Source of the DNA: Chamaesiphon sp.
Lineage (GTDB): Bacteria > Cyanobacteriota > Cyanobacteriia > Cyanobacteriales > Chamaesiphonaceae
Assembly (NCBI GenBank): GCA_965246715.1
Contig: CBDFFH010000054.1
Coordinates: forward strand, 4,864 to 68,863
Reading direction: 5' to 3'
Length of the DNA stretch: 64,000 nucleotides
In this document: in pieces, positions 19,005 through 29,019 of the stretch
How the letters are laid out: every line of letters begins with the position of its first letter
Position numbering within the stretch: position 1 is the stretch's first letter
The notes under the pieces: generated by a model
What the model was told of the DNA's origin: nothing
The model's input: the letters and a program-made list of their open reading frames with translations, nothing else
Database searches by the model: none
Made by a program: the position numbers and the translations under genes

Positions 19005-19304
19005 CTAGTTGTGTTTAGCGCGGTAAATAGCGTTAGAAGTGCGATTTAAACGGCGGTTGAGATGGTATTTTTCAGAGTTAGTTAATTTACCGCCACTGCG
19101 GATCGCCCGGTAACGGGCTGCTTCGATGTTCTCTTCTCGACGATGTAAGCGATTATATTCTTTATGAGTCAGCGAACCATTATTGACCCCATTTTGAATC
19201 CGTCGCTCTTGACGTTCGATGCGATTGTTGAGTTGTCCTGCTTGAGCGGCCAAAGGTAGAAGTACTACGGCAGAAACTAACATTGCACTGATTAACTTTT
19301 TCAC
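19005..19304 (-). CDS. small secreted basic protein, unknown function
   Basis: Signal peptide MKKLISAMLVSAVVLLPLAAQA, then two internal repeats (GSLTHKEYNRLHRR / GKLTNSEKYHLNRR). Confidence 0.5.
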   Translation of the reverse strand: MKKLISAMLVSAVVLLPLAAQAGQLNNRIERQERRIQNGVNNGSLTHKEYNRLHRREENIEAARYRAIRSGGKLTNSEKYHLNRRLNRTSNAIYRAKHN

Positions 19305-19481
19305 GATCGAACTCCATTAACTTGTTGGGCTAGTGCAGTGTTAGACAGGCGTGTCTCGATCGAGGTTCAATTTCCGATCGACTTTTTTTGTGAAGTTCGA
19401 TTTCGGTTCAGTGGTTGCAATCGTGGATTGGGAGTGCGGATTGAAGTCGCAGCCTGCGCGGCTGTCTAATTTAGATTTTTA

Positions 19482-21020
19482 TTATCGATCGACTGCCAAG
19501 CAGCGAATTGCTTCGAGCAACCCTCTGGCTTTGTTTAAAGTTTCCTCGTATTCAGTCACCGGATCGGAATCAGCAACAAGTCCGGCTCCTGCTTGTACCG
19601 ACACCACATAGTTACCCTTATCATCGGGACGAGCGACCATCGTGCGTAAGGTAATGGCTGTATTTAGTTGACCTTCAAAATCATAGTAACCGTAGACCCC
19701 CGAATAAGCATTGCGCCGACAGCCTTCGAGTGCGTGGATGATTTCCAGCGCGCGAATTTTGGGTGCGCCGCTGACAGTTCCGGCGGGAAAACAGGCTTTG
19801 AGGAGATCCCAGGCGGTTTTGCTCGGTGCGAGTCGTCCGACGACATTGCTGACGATGTGCATGACATGAGAATACCGCTCGATCGTCATTAATTCATCAA
19901 CCACGACCGTACCACTTTCGCAGACTCGCCCCAAATCGTTACGTCCTAAATCGACTAACATCACATGTTCGGCAACTTCCTTAGGATCTGCAAGCAGCTC
20001 TTTGGCTAAAGCATCATCTTCCGTTGCTGTCTGTCCTCGACGGCGCGTTCCGGCGATCGGGCGAAGTGTCGCTTCGATCGTACCATCATCGTTGCGATCG
20101 GCTTTGACCATTACTTCTGGACTAGAGCCGATAATCTGCCAATCCCCAAAATTAAAAAATGCCATATAGGGTGAGGGATTGACCAATCTTAGCGATCGAT
20201 ACAGGTCGAACGGACTCCCCGTATAAGTTGTCGATAAACGCTGCGAAACTACAACCTGGAAAATATCACCAGCGGTAATATGTGCCTTGGCTTTGATGAC
20301 ATTGGCGCAGAATTCGGCTTTAGATGTATTGCTTGTATATTCCGCCGGAAGTTCGGTGAGCGGTTTCGTCGGTTGCGGCGGAGTCCATTCAAGAAATTTA
20401 GAAGTTATCGGCTGTTGGAGCTTATCGACCATTATTTTCACCCGATCGCAAGCTTGAGTATATGCCAGTTCGAGGTTCCCATTGCACCCCTGAAGATCGG
20501 CATACGCGATCGCCCAGATCTTGCGTTTCATTTGGTCGAAGACCATCAGATGGTCTACTTGCATCCACAACCCGTCCGGAAGGTCACCAGCAGTGGTTGA
20601 ATGGATGGGTACTCTAGATTCGATCCACTTAATTAATTCGTAGCCCCAGAAGCCAAATAAACCACCAATTCCACTCGGAAGCTGAGGCAGTTTAACGGGT
20701 TTGTAAGGATCTAGACAAGTTGCAAGCGTCTCGAACGGATCGCCTGTAGATGTCTTCACCGAACCATCTCGGTGGGTTTGCGTCGTGCGATCGCCCCGAT
20801 TTTCCAGCACCCACAGCGGATTGCAACCCAAGAAACTATAGCGTCCGACAGTTTCTCCACCCTCGACAGATTCCATCAAAAAACTATACGGTTGACCCGC
20901 GCACACCTTATACCATGCCGAAACGGGTGTATCTAAATCGGCGACCCATTCTTGATAGACAGGGATAAAGTTACCTTGTGCCGCTAGCTGACTGAATCGA
21001 TCGAAACTGGGGAAGATCAT
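19482..21020 (-). CDS. trpE: anthranilate synthase component I
   Basis: 512 aa. LMESVEGG, GTVSGAPK, and chorismate-binding C-terminal half. Confidence 0.95.
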   Translation of the reverse strand: MIFPSFDRFSQLAAQGNFIPVYQEWVADLDTPVSAWYKVCAGQPYSFLMESVEGGETVGRYSFLGCNPLWVLENRGDRTTQTHRDGSVKTSTGDPFETLATCLDPYKPVKLPQLPSGIGGLFGFWGYELIKWIESRVPIHSTTAGDLPDGLWMQVDHLMVFDQMKRKIWAIAYADLQGCNGNLELAYTQACDRVKIMVDKLQQPITSKFLEWTPPQPTKPLTELPAEYTSNTSKAEFCANVIKAKAHITAGDIFQVVVSQRLSTTYTGSPFDLYRSLRLVNPSPYMAFFNFGDWQIIGSSPEVMVKADRNDDGTIEATLRPIAGTRRRGQTATEDDALAKELLADPKEVAEHVMLVDLGRNDLGRVCESGTVVVDELMTIERYSHVMHIVSNVVGRLAPSKTAWDLLKACFPAGTVSGAPKIRALEIIHALEGCRRNAYSGVYGYYDFEGQLNTAITLRTMVARPDDKGNYVVSVQAGAGLVADSDPVTEYEETLNKARGLLEAIRCLAVDR

Positions 21021-21205
21021 TACAAAAAGATCGCAGGGGTATCTCTCCTATTGTGCCTGCTGGAGGATCGATCGAGCAAATATTCCGCGATCTCGATCGG
21101 CTGGTGGTGATACATAGCTCCACGGGAACTCACAAGGTGTACCAAAAATTCCTAGCGTTACTGAATTCCCTTCCTAAAAGGTGTGCCCGACAGGGCGGGG
21201 TGAGT

Positions 21206-21679
21206 TCAACTCCGTTTCATCGCCCGATCCATATCCCGCTTGTCATCTCGTTTCTTCAGGTCATCTCGCTTATCGTGTAGCTTCTTACCTTTAACTAGCG
21301 CGATCGTCACCTTAACCTTACCCCGCTTAAAATACATCTTTAGCGGCACTAAAGTTAGACCTTGCTGCTCGACCTTCCCCGTCAGCTTGCGAATTTCCTG
21401 CTTGTGCATCAGCAGTCGCCGCGTGCGGGTGGGTTCGTGGTTAAAATACGCACTCGTGCTAGCATAGGGCGAGATGTGGGCATTGAGCAGCCAAATTTGC
21501 CCTTGGCGCAATAAACCATAACCATCGCGCAGATTGGCTCTACCGCCACGGATGGACTTTACTTCCGATCCCACTAATTCGATCCCCGCTTCGTAAGTTT
21601 CGAGGATTTCATACAGGAACCGGGCTTGCCGATTATCGGCAACAATTTTGATACTTTCGGATTTTTCTTTCTCGCTCAT
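21206..21679 (-). CDS. smpB: SsrA-binding protein
   Basis: IADNRQARFLYEILETYEAGIELVGSEVKSIR and basic C-terminal tail. Confidence 0.95.
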   Translation of the reverse strand: MSEKEKSESIKIVADNRQARFLYEILETYEAGIELVGSEVKSIRGGRANLRDGYGLLRQGQIWLLNAHISPYASTSAYFNHEPTRTRRLLMHKQEIRKLTGKVEQQGLTLVPLKMYFKRGKVKVTIALVKGKKLHDKRDDLKKRDDKRDMDRAMKRS

Positions 21680-22150
21680 AGATCTATTCTACTAGGCGCT
21701 AGGGCTGGTGACTAGTAGCTAGCATGAGTTTACTAAATACCCACTTCTCTAAGAATATGTGTAAGTGATATCTAGCTCTTAGGTATCTATGGAATGTAAC
21801 TTTATCTAAAGATCTGGACTAATTGGGGAAATTTGGTATAGTTAGTTCCATTCGACCAGATGCGATCGATTCTCAATAATGCTGAATATTTGTTTTAGTT
21901 GGGATTTAAATCGCAATTGATGATTTACTCGGGTGGTAGTCAAACAGTTTTGTCAAGGATAAAACAGTAGTACTAATTTTGCAAAATTGCAATCCTATAT
22001 CGACCCACACTGCAACCCAGCGATGGGAGCAACTACAATAACTATGTCCATTTGGCTACTCAAATAGGGAGTGAATTTACAACTTCCATGTATTATTTAT
22101 GATAATCTCTGTTTCTAGGGTCTGTTTTATCTTGCTGGTGAGGAAATTTT

Positions 22151-23605
22151 ATGGGTAACTCTGTTGATTTTGGCGGTCGCCCGATTCATTTTATTGGGAT
22201 TGGCGGGATTGGCATGTCCGGACTCGCATACGTTCTGGCAAGACGCGGATTGCCAGTTTCTGGTTCCGATTTGAAATCTTCCAATATTACCGAACGGTTA
22301 GCCGCAGCAGGCGCACATATTTTTCTCAAGCAAGATGCGAGCAATTTAGAATTTTTTCAAGCTAATTCTGAGGGCAATCGGCTCCCGCAAATTATTTGTT
22401 CGACCGCCATCGGTAAAACTAATAGCGAACTCACCGCTGCCTTAGAACTTGGCTGTCCGACCTTTCATCGATCGGATGTATTAGCAACGATGATTGCTGA
22501 ATACGATAGTATCGGAGTAGCAGGTACGCACGGTAAAACGACGACTAGCAGTGCGATCGGTTATATGCTCGTAGCAGCAGGAGTCGATCCGACAATTGTG
22601 GTAGGTGGAGAGGTTGACGCTTGGGACGGGAACGCACGGGTAGGCAAGAGCAAGTACTTCGTTGCCGAAGTTGATGAGTCCGATGGTTCGCTCGTCAAGC
22701 ATGCGCCCAAAATTGGGGTGATTACCAATATCGAACTAGATCACCCCGATCATTATAAAAGTCTCGAACAAGTCATCGATACATTTACCACCTTTGCCCA
22801 GCAGTGCGAAATCACCATCGGATCGGTAGATTGTGAAATCGTGCGCGATCGGATTAAGCCAACTATTTGTTATAGTGTCGAGTCAGATCGGGTAGCGGAT
22901 TATACCGCAAAAAACATTGACTACCATGCCGATGGCACTTCTGCGGAAGTTTATGAATATGGCAAATTATTGGGAACACTAAAGTTAGGCGTATTAGGCA
23001 AACATAACTTGAGTAATGCACTAGCCACCATTGCGGTGGGTCGCAAAATCGGGTTGGACTTCGCCGCGATCGCTTCTGGTCTAGCGACCTTCAGTGGTGC
23101 CAAACGACGGTTTGAGCTTCGAGGATATCAGAATGACATTACCTTTATCGATGATTACGCTCACCATCCCAGCGAGATCCTCGTCACCCTCAGCGCCGCT
23201 CGGTTGCGTGTGGGTGCCCATCGCCGAGTGGTAGCTGTATTCCAGCCGCATCGATATACGCGCACTTTGGAATTTCTCAATGAGTTTGCCCAATCTTTTA
23301 AAGATGCAGATGTAGTTGTGATTACAGATATTTATAGTGCGGGTGAGGTAAATACCGGAGTGGTCAGTGGCGAAAAAGTAGTGACAGAAATTGGCAAATA
23401 CCATTCAAATGTTCGCTACCAACCCACACTAGCTGCGGTATCTAAGTTTCTCACTCAAAATCTCCAACCCGGGGATATCTGCTTGTGCTTGGGAGCAGGC
23501 AATCTCAACCAAATCATTCCGGATCTGGTGGATACTTATCGCTGTGCGACTGGAGCTGCTATGCGGATTCCAGCAAGTGCCAAACAGCCAGAAACAGTAG
23601 TCTGA
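22151..23605 (+). CDS. murC: UDP-N-acetylmuramate--L-alanine ligase
   Basis: HFIGIGGIGMSGLA, GTHGKTTT and Mur ligase C-terminal domain. Confidence 0.95.
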   Translation: MGNSVDFGGRPIHFIGIGGIGMSGLAYVLARRGLPVSGSDLKSSNITERLAAAGAHIFLKQDASNLEFFQANSEGNRLPQIICSTAIGKTNSELTAALELGCPTFHRSDVLATMIAEYDSIGVAGTHGKTTTSSAIGYMLVAAGVDPTIVVGGEVDAWDGNARVGKSKYFVAEVDESDGSLVKHAPKIGVITNIELDHPDHYKSLEQVIDTFTTFAQQCEITIGSVDCEIVRDRIKPTICYSVESDRVADYTAKNIDYHADGTSAEVYEYGKLLGTLKLGVLGKHNLSNALATIAVGRKIGLDFAAIASGLATFSGAKRRFELRGYQNDITFIDDYAHHPSEILVTLSAARLRVGAHRRVVAVFQPHRYTRTLEFLNEFAQSFKDADVVVITDIYSAGEVNTGVVSGEKVVTEIGKYHSNVRYQPTLAAVSKFLTQNLQPGDICLCLGAGNLNQIIPDLVDTYRCATGAAMRIPASAKQPETVV

Positions 23606-23762
23606 GAACGAATTTAACCGATCTAAATTAACGTTAAGGTCAGTCGATCGTTCATTTAGATTAAGAGTCATGTTGGGCTTTGGGGTTGCAATTTTAGGCC
23701 ATCTACTGTTTACCATCGACCGTTCGCAGACATTCGATAAACCATTACACTACCCCGATAAT

Positions 23763-24743
23763 ATGACCCTCTCCCAAGATCGCCCGCCCATCAAAACTAC
23801 TCAAACTCAGGAGTCAGTGGACGTTTCTAATCATTCCGATCGCAATTTTGAGCTGCCTGACAACTGTCCGATTAGAGCGGCAGTCGCGCTCAAGGGATTG
23901 ACAACATGGAAAGTCGGCGGGCCAGCAGAATGGTATCTCGAACCGCATACGTTGGCAGAGACCCAGATTGGTTTGGATTGGGCGCATCAGCAAAAGTTAC
24001 CGATTACTTTTATCGGCGCTGGCTCGAATTTATTGATTAGCGATCGCGGTTTGAAAGGTTTGGTAATTTGTACTCGCCATCTGCGTCATGCCAACACTAC
24101 TTTCGACAATGAGACTCGATCGATGACCGCAGATGCGGGTAAAATGCTCGCTAGCCTAGCATGGCAGGCAGCGCGGAGGGGTTGGGGTGGAATGGAGTGG
24201 GCGGCTGGCATTCCGGGCACTGTTGGTGGTGCTGTCGTAATGAATGCTGGTGCGCACGGGCATAGTACCGAAGAGATTTTAGTTACTACTGAAGTGCTCA
24301 ATCTCGATGGCTCGATCGAGACTCTCACCAATCAGGATTTAAATTATAGTTATCGTACCTCAAATCTCCAGGGTGACTCGCGACTGGTACTGAGCGCAAC
24401 ATTTCAATTACAAGTAGCAGGTGATGCGGAAGAAGTTAAGTCGCGCACTTTCCGCGACTTGGAAAAACGCCATAGCAAGCAACCTTACGATCGACCGAGC
24501 TGTGGGAGTGTTTTTCGCAATCCATCGCCGCAATATGCAGCCGTCTTAATTGAAGGATTGGGACTCAAAGGTCATCGGATCGGCGATGCGGAAGTCTCGA
24601 CCCTCCATGCCAATTTTATTATCAACCGTCAGGATGCGACGGCCACTGAGATTAGAAACTTGATTTACTACGTTCAAAGTCGCGTCCGCGAAGCATACGA
24701 GATCGAACTCGAACCCGAAGTGAAGATGCTCGGTGAATTCTAA
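23763..24743 (+). CDS. murB: UDP-N-acetylenolpyruvoylglucosamine reductase
   Basis: FAD-binding GAGSNLL, and SCGSVFRNP near the C-terminus. Start moved to ATG 23763 because the upstream 31 codons look non-coding. Confidence 0.9.
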   Translation: MTLSQDRPPIKTTQTQESVDVSNHSDRNFELPDNCPIRAAVALKGLTTWKVGGPAEWYLEPHTLAETQIGLDWAHQQKLPITFIGAGSNLLISDRGLKGLVICTRHLRHANTTFDNETRSMTADAGKMLASLAWQAARRGWGGMEWAAGIPGTVGGAVVMNAGAHGHSTEEILVTTEVLNLDGSIETLTNQDLNYSYRTSNLQGDSRLVLSATFQLQVAGDAEEVKSRTFRDLEKRHSKQPYDRPSCGSVFRNPSPQYAAVLIEGLGLKGHRIGDAEVSTLHANFIINRQDATATEIRNLIYYVQSRVREAYEIELEPEVKMLGEF

Positions 24744-24975
24744 GTTCTCCGTTCGATCGGGATTTTACAACTGTGCCAGCCGAAATGGGTATCATAAATG
24801 AGTAGGTCGCGATCGCGGTGATGCTCATCGTGAAAGGCTGCGTAAAATATTTCAACTGGTTGACACAGCCTCCGCGCATGGAACAGTGTGACAAGTGACG
24901 GATACCCTCACCCCTGAATTCCCTGACTCCAGTAAGATGGGATATCGTTCAAATTGACTAAATACTCTAAAGATT

Positions 24976-25317
24976 ATGACTAAAGGACAAGGATTTGGCG
25001 GTTTCGGTCTCGGCAAGATGAAAGAACTAGCCGACGCATTCAAAAAAGCCCAACAGGTACAAGAAGATGCCAAAAAGCTTCAAGAAGAACTGGAGCAAAT
25101 GGAAATTGAAGGTAATGCAGGTGGTGTCAGTGTCACCCTCAGCGGCAACCAAGAACCCCGCCGCGTCAGTATCGGAGCCGACGCTGCTGGTAAGAGTCCC
25201 GAAGAACTCTCCCAACTCGTGCTCGATGCGATGATGGATGCTTATGACAAGTCCACCGCGACAATGCGCGAACGCATGGAATTACTCACCAGCGGACTAA
25301 ATATTCCTGGTTTGTAG
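24976..25317 (+). CDS. ybaB: YbaB/EbfC family nucleoid-associated protein
   Basis: 113 aa. [25 protein letters not shown]... pattern. Confidence 0.85.
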   Translation: MTKGQGFGGFGLGKMKELADAFKKAQQVQEDAKKLQEELEQMEIEGNAGGVSVTLSGNQEPRRVSIGADAAGKSPEELSQLVLDAMMDAYDKSTATMRERMELLTSGLNIPGL

Positions 25318-25332
25318 GACAGTCAATAGCGA

Positions 25333-25360
25333 ACAGTGAATAGTGAATAGTGGTTAGTAG
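25333..25360. repeat. Heptanucleotide STRR-like array (ATAGTGA-type)
   Basis: ACAGTGA ATAGTGA ATAGTGG TTAGTAG. Confidence 0.8.
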
Positions 25361-25492
25361 TTGCTGACTGTTTACATTCAATCAAAAATAATATGGGTAT
25401 TGTCGTACGATAAAAGTCGGCAGTACCCATATTTCTCGTACATCAAACAAGATCGACAATTTAAAGCTACCCCAACTTGCAGATTTAATATT

Positions 25493-25527
25493 TACTGTTC
25501 ACTATTCACTGTTCACTATTCACTACT
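25493..25527. repeat. Heptanucleotide STRR-like array (CACTNTT-type, inverse of 25333-25360), ending 1 nt before the K+ channel ATG
   Basis: TACTGTT CACTATT CACTGTT CACTATT CACTACT. Confidence 0.85.
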
Positions 25528-25528
25528 C

Positions 25529-26575
25529 ATGGATTCTGTCGAACAGAAATATCGGCGCATTCGAGGCGACCTTCAGCGGGGCGGCCTTGCCCTGACACTA
25601 GTATTTATCACAGGTACGCTGTGGTATCGCCTAGTCGAAGATTGGCATTGGGTGGATGCAGTATATATGACTGCCATCACCCTGACGACCGTAGGCTATG
25701 GTGAAACGCAACCATTAGGCGATCGCGGGCGAATTTTTACCATTGCCTTAATTTTAGCTGGGGTAATAACGATCGGTTATATCGTCAATCGATTTACAGA
25801 AGCCTTGATTGAAGGCTATTTTATAGAAGGTCGCAAAATCAGGCAACAAAAAAAACTTGTGGAATCTCTCACCGAACACTTTATTATTTGCGGTTTTGGG
25901 CGGATCGGGCGGCAAATCGCTACCGAATTTGCGGCTGAGGGGACGGCATTTGTCGTGATCGATGCGAGTAGCGAGCAGGTAAAGATCGCCCAAACTGAGG
26001 GTTATAGTGCAGTCCAAGCAGATGCCACCCTGGATGAGACGCTAATCAAAATGGGGGTTGAGAAAGCAGCTTGTCTGGTCGCGGCGCTACCTTCTGATGC
26101 AGAAAATCTCTACATTATTTTATCGGCAAAAAGCCTCAATCCGAACATTCGGGCGATCGCGCGCGCCAGTACCGAAGAAGCCGTGCAGAAGCTCCAACGA
26201 GCGGGAGCGAGCAAAGTGATTTCTCCTTATATCACTGGAGCAAAACGGATGGCTGCGGCGGCTTTACGCCCCCAGGTGATGGATTTTATGGATGGGATCA
26301 TGACTAGCGATCGCTCTTTCTATATGGAGGAGTTTCTCATCGATTCGCAGACTTGTCCGGTAACTGGGTTATCGCTGCGAGAGGCGAGACTGCGCTCTCA
26401 ATCTGGTGCGCTCGTGCTAGCCGTTCGCAGACAAGATGGCACTTCGATCGTGGGGCCAACGGGGGAGACGATTATTATGGCACAGGATATGTTGATTTGT
26501 ATGGGCACAGCAGATCAATTGCGCGTCCTCAATCAAATTTTAGATCCGATCGCTCCGAGAATCGATCGACGATAA
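25529..26575 (+). CDS. potassium channel with RCK/TrkA-N and TrkA-C domains (MthK-like)
   Basis: Selectivity filter TLTTVGYGE, Rossmann IICGFGRIGRQIA. Start set at ATG 25529 because the upstream part of the track ORF runs through repeat DNA. Confidence 0.85.
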   Translation: MDSVEQKYRRIRGDLQRGGLALTLVFITGTLWYRLVEDWHWVDAVYMTAITLTTVGYGETQPLGDRGRIFTIALILAGVITIGYIVNRFTEALIEGYFIEGRKIRQQKKLVESLTEHFIICGFGRIGRQIATEFAAEGTAFVVIDASSEQVKIAQTEGYSAVQADATLDETLIKMGVEKAACLVAALPSDAENLYIILSAKSLNPNIRAIARASTEEAVQKLQRAGASKVISPYITGAKRMAAAALRPQVMDFMDGIMTSDRSFYMEEFLIDSQTCPVTGLSLREARLRSQSGALVLAVRRQDGTSIVGPTGETIIMAQDMLICMGTADQLRVLNQILDPIAPRIDRR

Positions 26576-26605
26576 CTTACTACCGTAGGGGTAAGGGATC
26601 CGCTA

Positions 26606-27604
26606 CTAAACATTGGCATAAATTCGTCCATCTGGCATCTTGGCCCCAGTTAGGATCGTACCTACCATACTGGCACTACTCATCTCTGCCCGCATCAAAT
26701 TTGCATCGGTGAGATCGGCATCTTCGAGATCTGTTTTGGCTAGATGTGCCTCGATTAATTCTACGCGGATCATCGTAGCGTAGGATAGATTCGTGCGCGT
26801 GAGATCGGCATGGTGCATCCGTGCGTCAGTGAGATCGGCATAACTTAAATTACTATTTGCTAACTTAATCTTGGACATGATCGCTCTGGTCAGATTTACG
26901 CCAGTCAGATCGCAGGCTGTCAGCGTCGCCCGTTCGAGCTTAGCGAGCGAAAGATCGGCATGGGGTAAATTTGCCTCGTGCAAATTAGCTTCGGTGAGGA
27001 TCGCACTCGTTAATTTCGCACCTGTTAAATTTGCGCCAGTGAGATCTGTCCCTTTGAGATTCGCTTCAGTCAAGTTAGCATAGCTCAAATCGACTTTTGA
27101 AAGATTGGCTCCCGCCATGTTGGCATTGCGGAGATCGGCACGAACGAGTTTGGCACTGCGGAGATTGGAGATATAACTGCGCTTTTCTTCGCGGAAATTA
27201 GCCGCCCGCAAACAGGCACCGCTGAGATTGGCACCACTGAGGTTGACATTGCGGAGGTCAGCATCCATCAGATTGGCATCGAGGAGATTTACCCAGGTCA
27301 TATCAGCCCCGCGAAAATCGGCATTTTGCAGACTAGCTCCATGTAAATCTGCATCGCGTAAATTGGCACCTTGAAGGTCGGCTCTAATCAGCGTCACACC
27401 AGCTAGCTTACAGCTAGAGAGGTTTGTCTTCAGTAGTTGGGCGCGATTGAGATAAGCAAACGTGAGATTGCTTTTGCGCAAATCGGCTTGGTTGAGCACG
27501 ATGTCGATTAGATCTTGAGCGACTAAACTAAAGCCACTAAGATCGACTGAGGTGAAGTCTCTTTCGCCGCCACGATATCGCCACAATAGTTCTTCCGCAT
27601 CCAT
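26606..27604 (-). CDS. pentapeptide repeat protein
   Basis: Continuous A(D/N)LxX pentapeptides over ~300 aa. Confidence 0.9.
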   Translation of the reverse strand: MDAEELLWRYRGGERDFTSVDLSGFSLVAQDLIDIVLNQADLRKSNLTFAYLNRAQLLKTNLSSCKLAGVTLIRADLQGANLRDADLHGASLQNADFRGADMTWVNLLDANLMDADLRNVNLSGANLSGACLRAANFREEKRSYISNLRSAKLVRADLRNANMAGANLSKVDLSYANLTEANLKGTDLTGANLTGAKLTSAILTEANLHEANLPHADLSLAKLERATLTACDLTGVNLTRAIMSKIKLANSNLSYADLTDARMHHADLTRTNLSYATMIRVELIEAHLAKTDLEDADLTDANLMRAEMSSASMVGTILTGAKMPDGRIYANV

Positions 27605-27796
27605 AACCCAGCCAGTATCCAGTTGATGATGTCTCTGTTATTATGCCCACCAGATAGTTGACTGTTATCAGTCGATCGAGCTGTTTGGCAGAATTTTAGA
27701 GATAATCCGATTTACGGCAGCGATCGCCAATGTCAAGAATATCCTACAACCTTGGCAAAAATGCTGGTGTAGCAATGTTAACGCCAGCGACCGCCA

Positions 27797-28975
27797 TCAA
27801 ATTTTAAAAAACCAGCGTTGACTGTACATCAGATAGGCGATGCCCAACCAGAGCAGTACAGTCGCGATCGCAAATAATACGCCGCTATTTAAAGTACCTG
27901 CCCAACCAAAGAGCGCGTTATTCAACCACTCATAAACTGATTTAGCGCGATCGCCACTACCAATTTGATTTACCATGAGTAACTTAATCAGGACGATCGA
28001 AGCAATATAGAGAAAAATCGCATTCAAGCCCATTATTTCAAATGGTTTGAACCACTTTCGATATTTCCGCACGTCCACTAGTTCGTAACAAGCCGCTAAG
28101 GAGATTAACCCCCAACCTGTAGTAAACATTACGAATGAACTCGTCCACAGTTTCTTATTAATCGGAAAGAAACTATTCCAAATCAGGCCGATTACTACAG
28201 CCGCTAAACCAAACATTAATAAGTTGAGACTCGTGCGCGAAGCCACTGGTTGCCGCTTGAGCCAATCGCCCGTGAGAAATCCAAACAACACATTCACGAT
28301 CGCGGATAACGTGCTAAATAAACCTTCAGGATCGCTCAAATAACCAGAGCCTTTATGTAAATGTGACTTGGTAAGGATCGTTCGATCGATATAAGCACCA
28401 AGATTGCCTGCTTGGCTGAATGCACCATCACTATTATCTAAAGCTGGGAAGAAAGTTAACAAGATCCAGTAAGCAATTAAAATCGTTCCTGCTAAAATCC
28501 AGATCCGCCGATTTGAGAGATTTAAAATCGCGATCGCGGCCAAGAAAAAAGCAATCCCAATCCGCTGCAACACTCCCATGACACGCAGATGTTCGAGATC
28601 GGGAAAGATCTTGGGACTGGTGACATTAAAGTTCCATAGCAAATTGTTTAAGAGTAATCCTAACCCAAATAAAATCAGACTACGGCGAACGAATTGCCAA
28701 TAAACAGCCTTGGTAATATTGACACTACCGCTGGTATATCTAGCCAGCGAAAAAGCCATTGCTACGCCGATAATATACAAGAAAAATGGAAACACTAGAT
28801 CGGCGATCGTGCAACCATGCCAAGGCGCATGCTCGAGCCAGAGATATTTTTTGTCATCATCGGGCAGACTCGCCATGTTGACTAAAATCATCATCGCGAT
28901 CGTGATTCCACGGAAGACATCTAAAGAGGTTAAACGCATAGGGATGGAATGAGGTGAGGGGTCGATCTTCCCCAA
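27797..28975 (-). CDS. multi-pass membrane acyltransferase-like protein (DUF1624/DUF5009, HGSNAT-like)
   Basis: RLTSLDVFRGITIAMMILVNM N-terminal signature and ~10 TM helices. Confidence 0.65.
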   Translation of the reverse strand: MGKIDPSPHSIPMRLTSLDVFRGITIAMMILVNMASLPDDDKKYLWLEHAPWHGCTIADLVFPFFLYIIGVAMAFSLARYTSGSVNITKAVYWQFVRRSLILFGLGLLLNNLLWNFNVTSPKIFPDLEHLRVMGVLQRIGIAFFLAAIAILNLSNRRIWILAGTILIAYWILLTFFPALDNSDGAFSQAGNLGAYIDRTILTKSHLHKGSGYLSDPEGLFSTLSAIVNVLFGFLTGDWLKRQPVASRTSLNLLMFGLAAVVIGLIWNSFFPINKKLWTSSFVMFTTGWGLISLAACYELVDVRKYRKWFKPFEIMGLNAIFLYIASIVLIKLLMVNQIGSGDRAKSVYEWLNNALFGWAGTLNSGVLFAIATVLLWLGIAYLMYSQRWFFKI

Positions 28976-29019
28976 AACAGTGTTAGCTCTGACAGATTCA
29001 TCATGGGTTTTGTTGCTAA

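Noticed and set aside
19352-19391. Plus-strand hairpin plus T7 run between trpE and the small secreted-protein gene (possible orphan terminator or sRNA end); also a GGTTCAA string checked as a tRNA T-arm
   Set aside because: The stem is only 7 bp and is built from the ubiquitous CGATCG palindrome. No plus-strand gene or promoter lies upstream, and there is no cloverleaf.
21680-22150. 470-nt gene-free region next to smpB, examined for tmRNA (ssrA) or another structured RNA
   Set aside because: There is no tRNA-like acceptor/T-arm and no tag reading frame ending in a hydrophobic tail. The sequence is AT-rich without obvious conserved helices.
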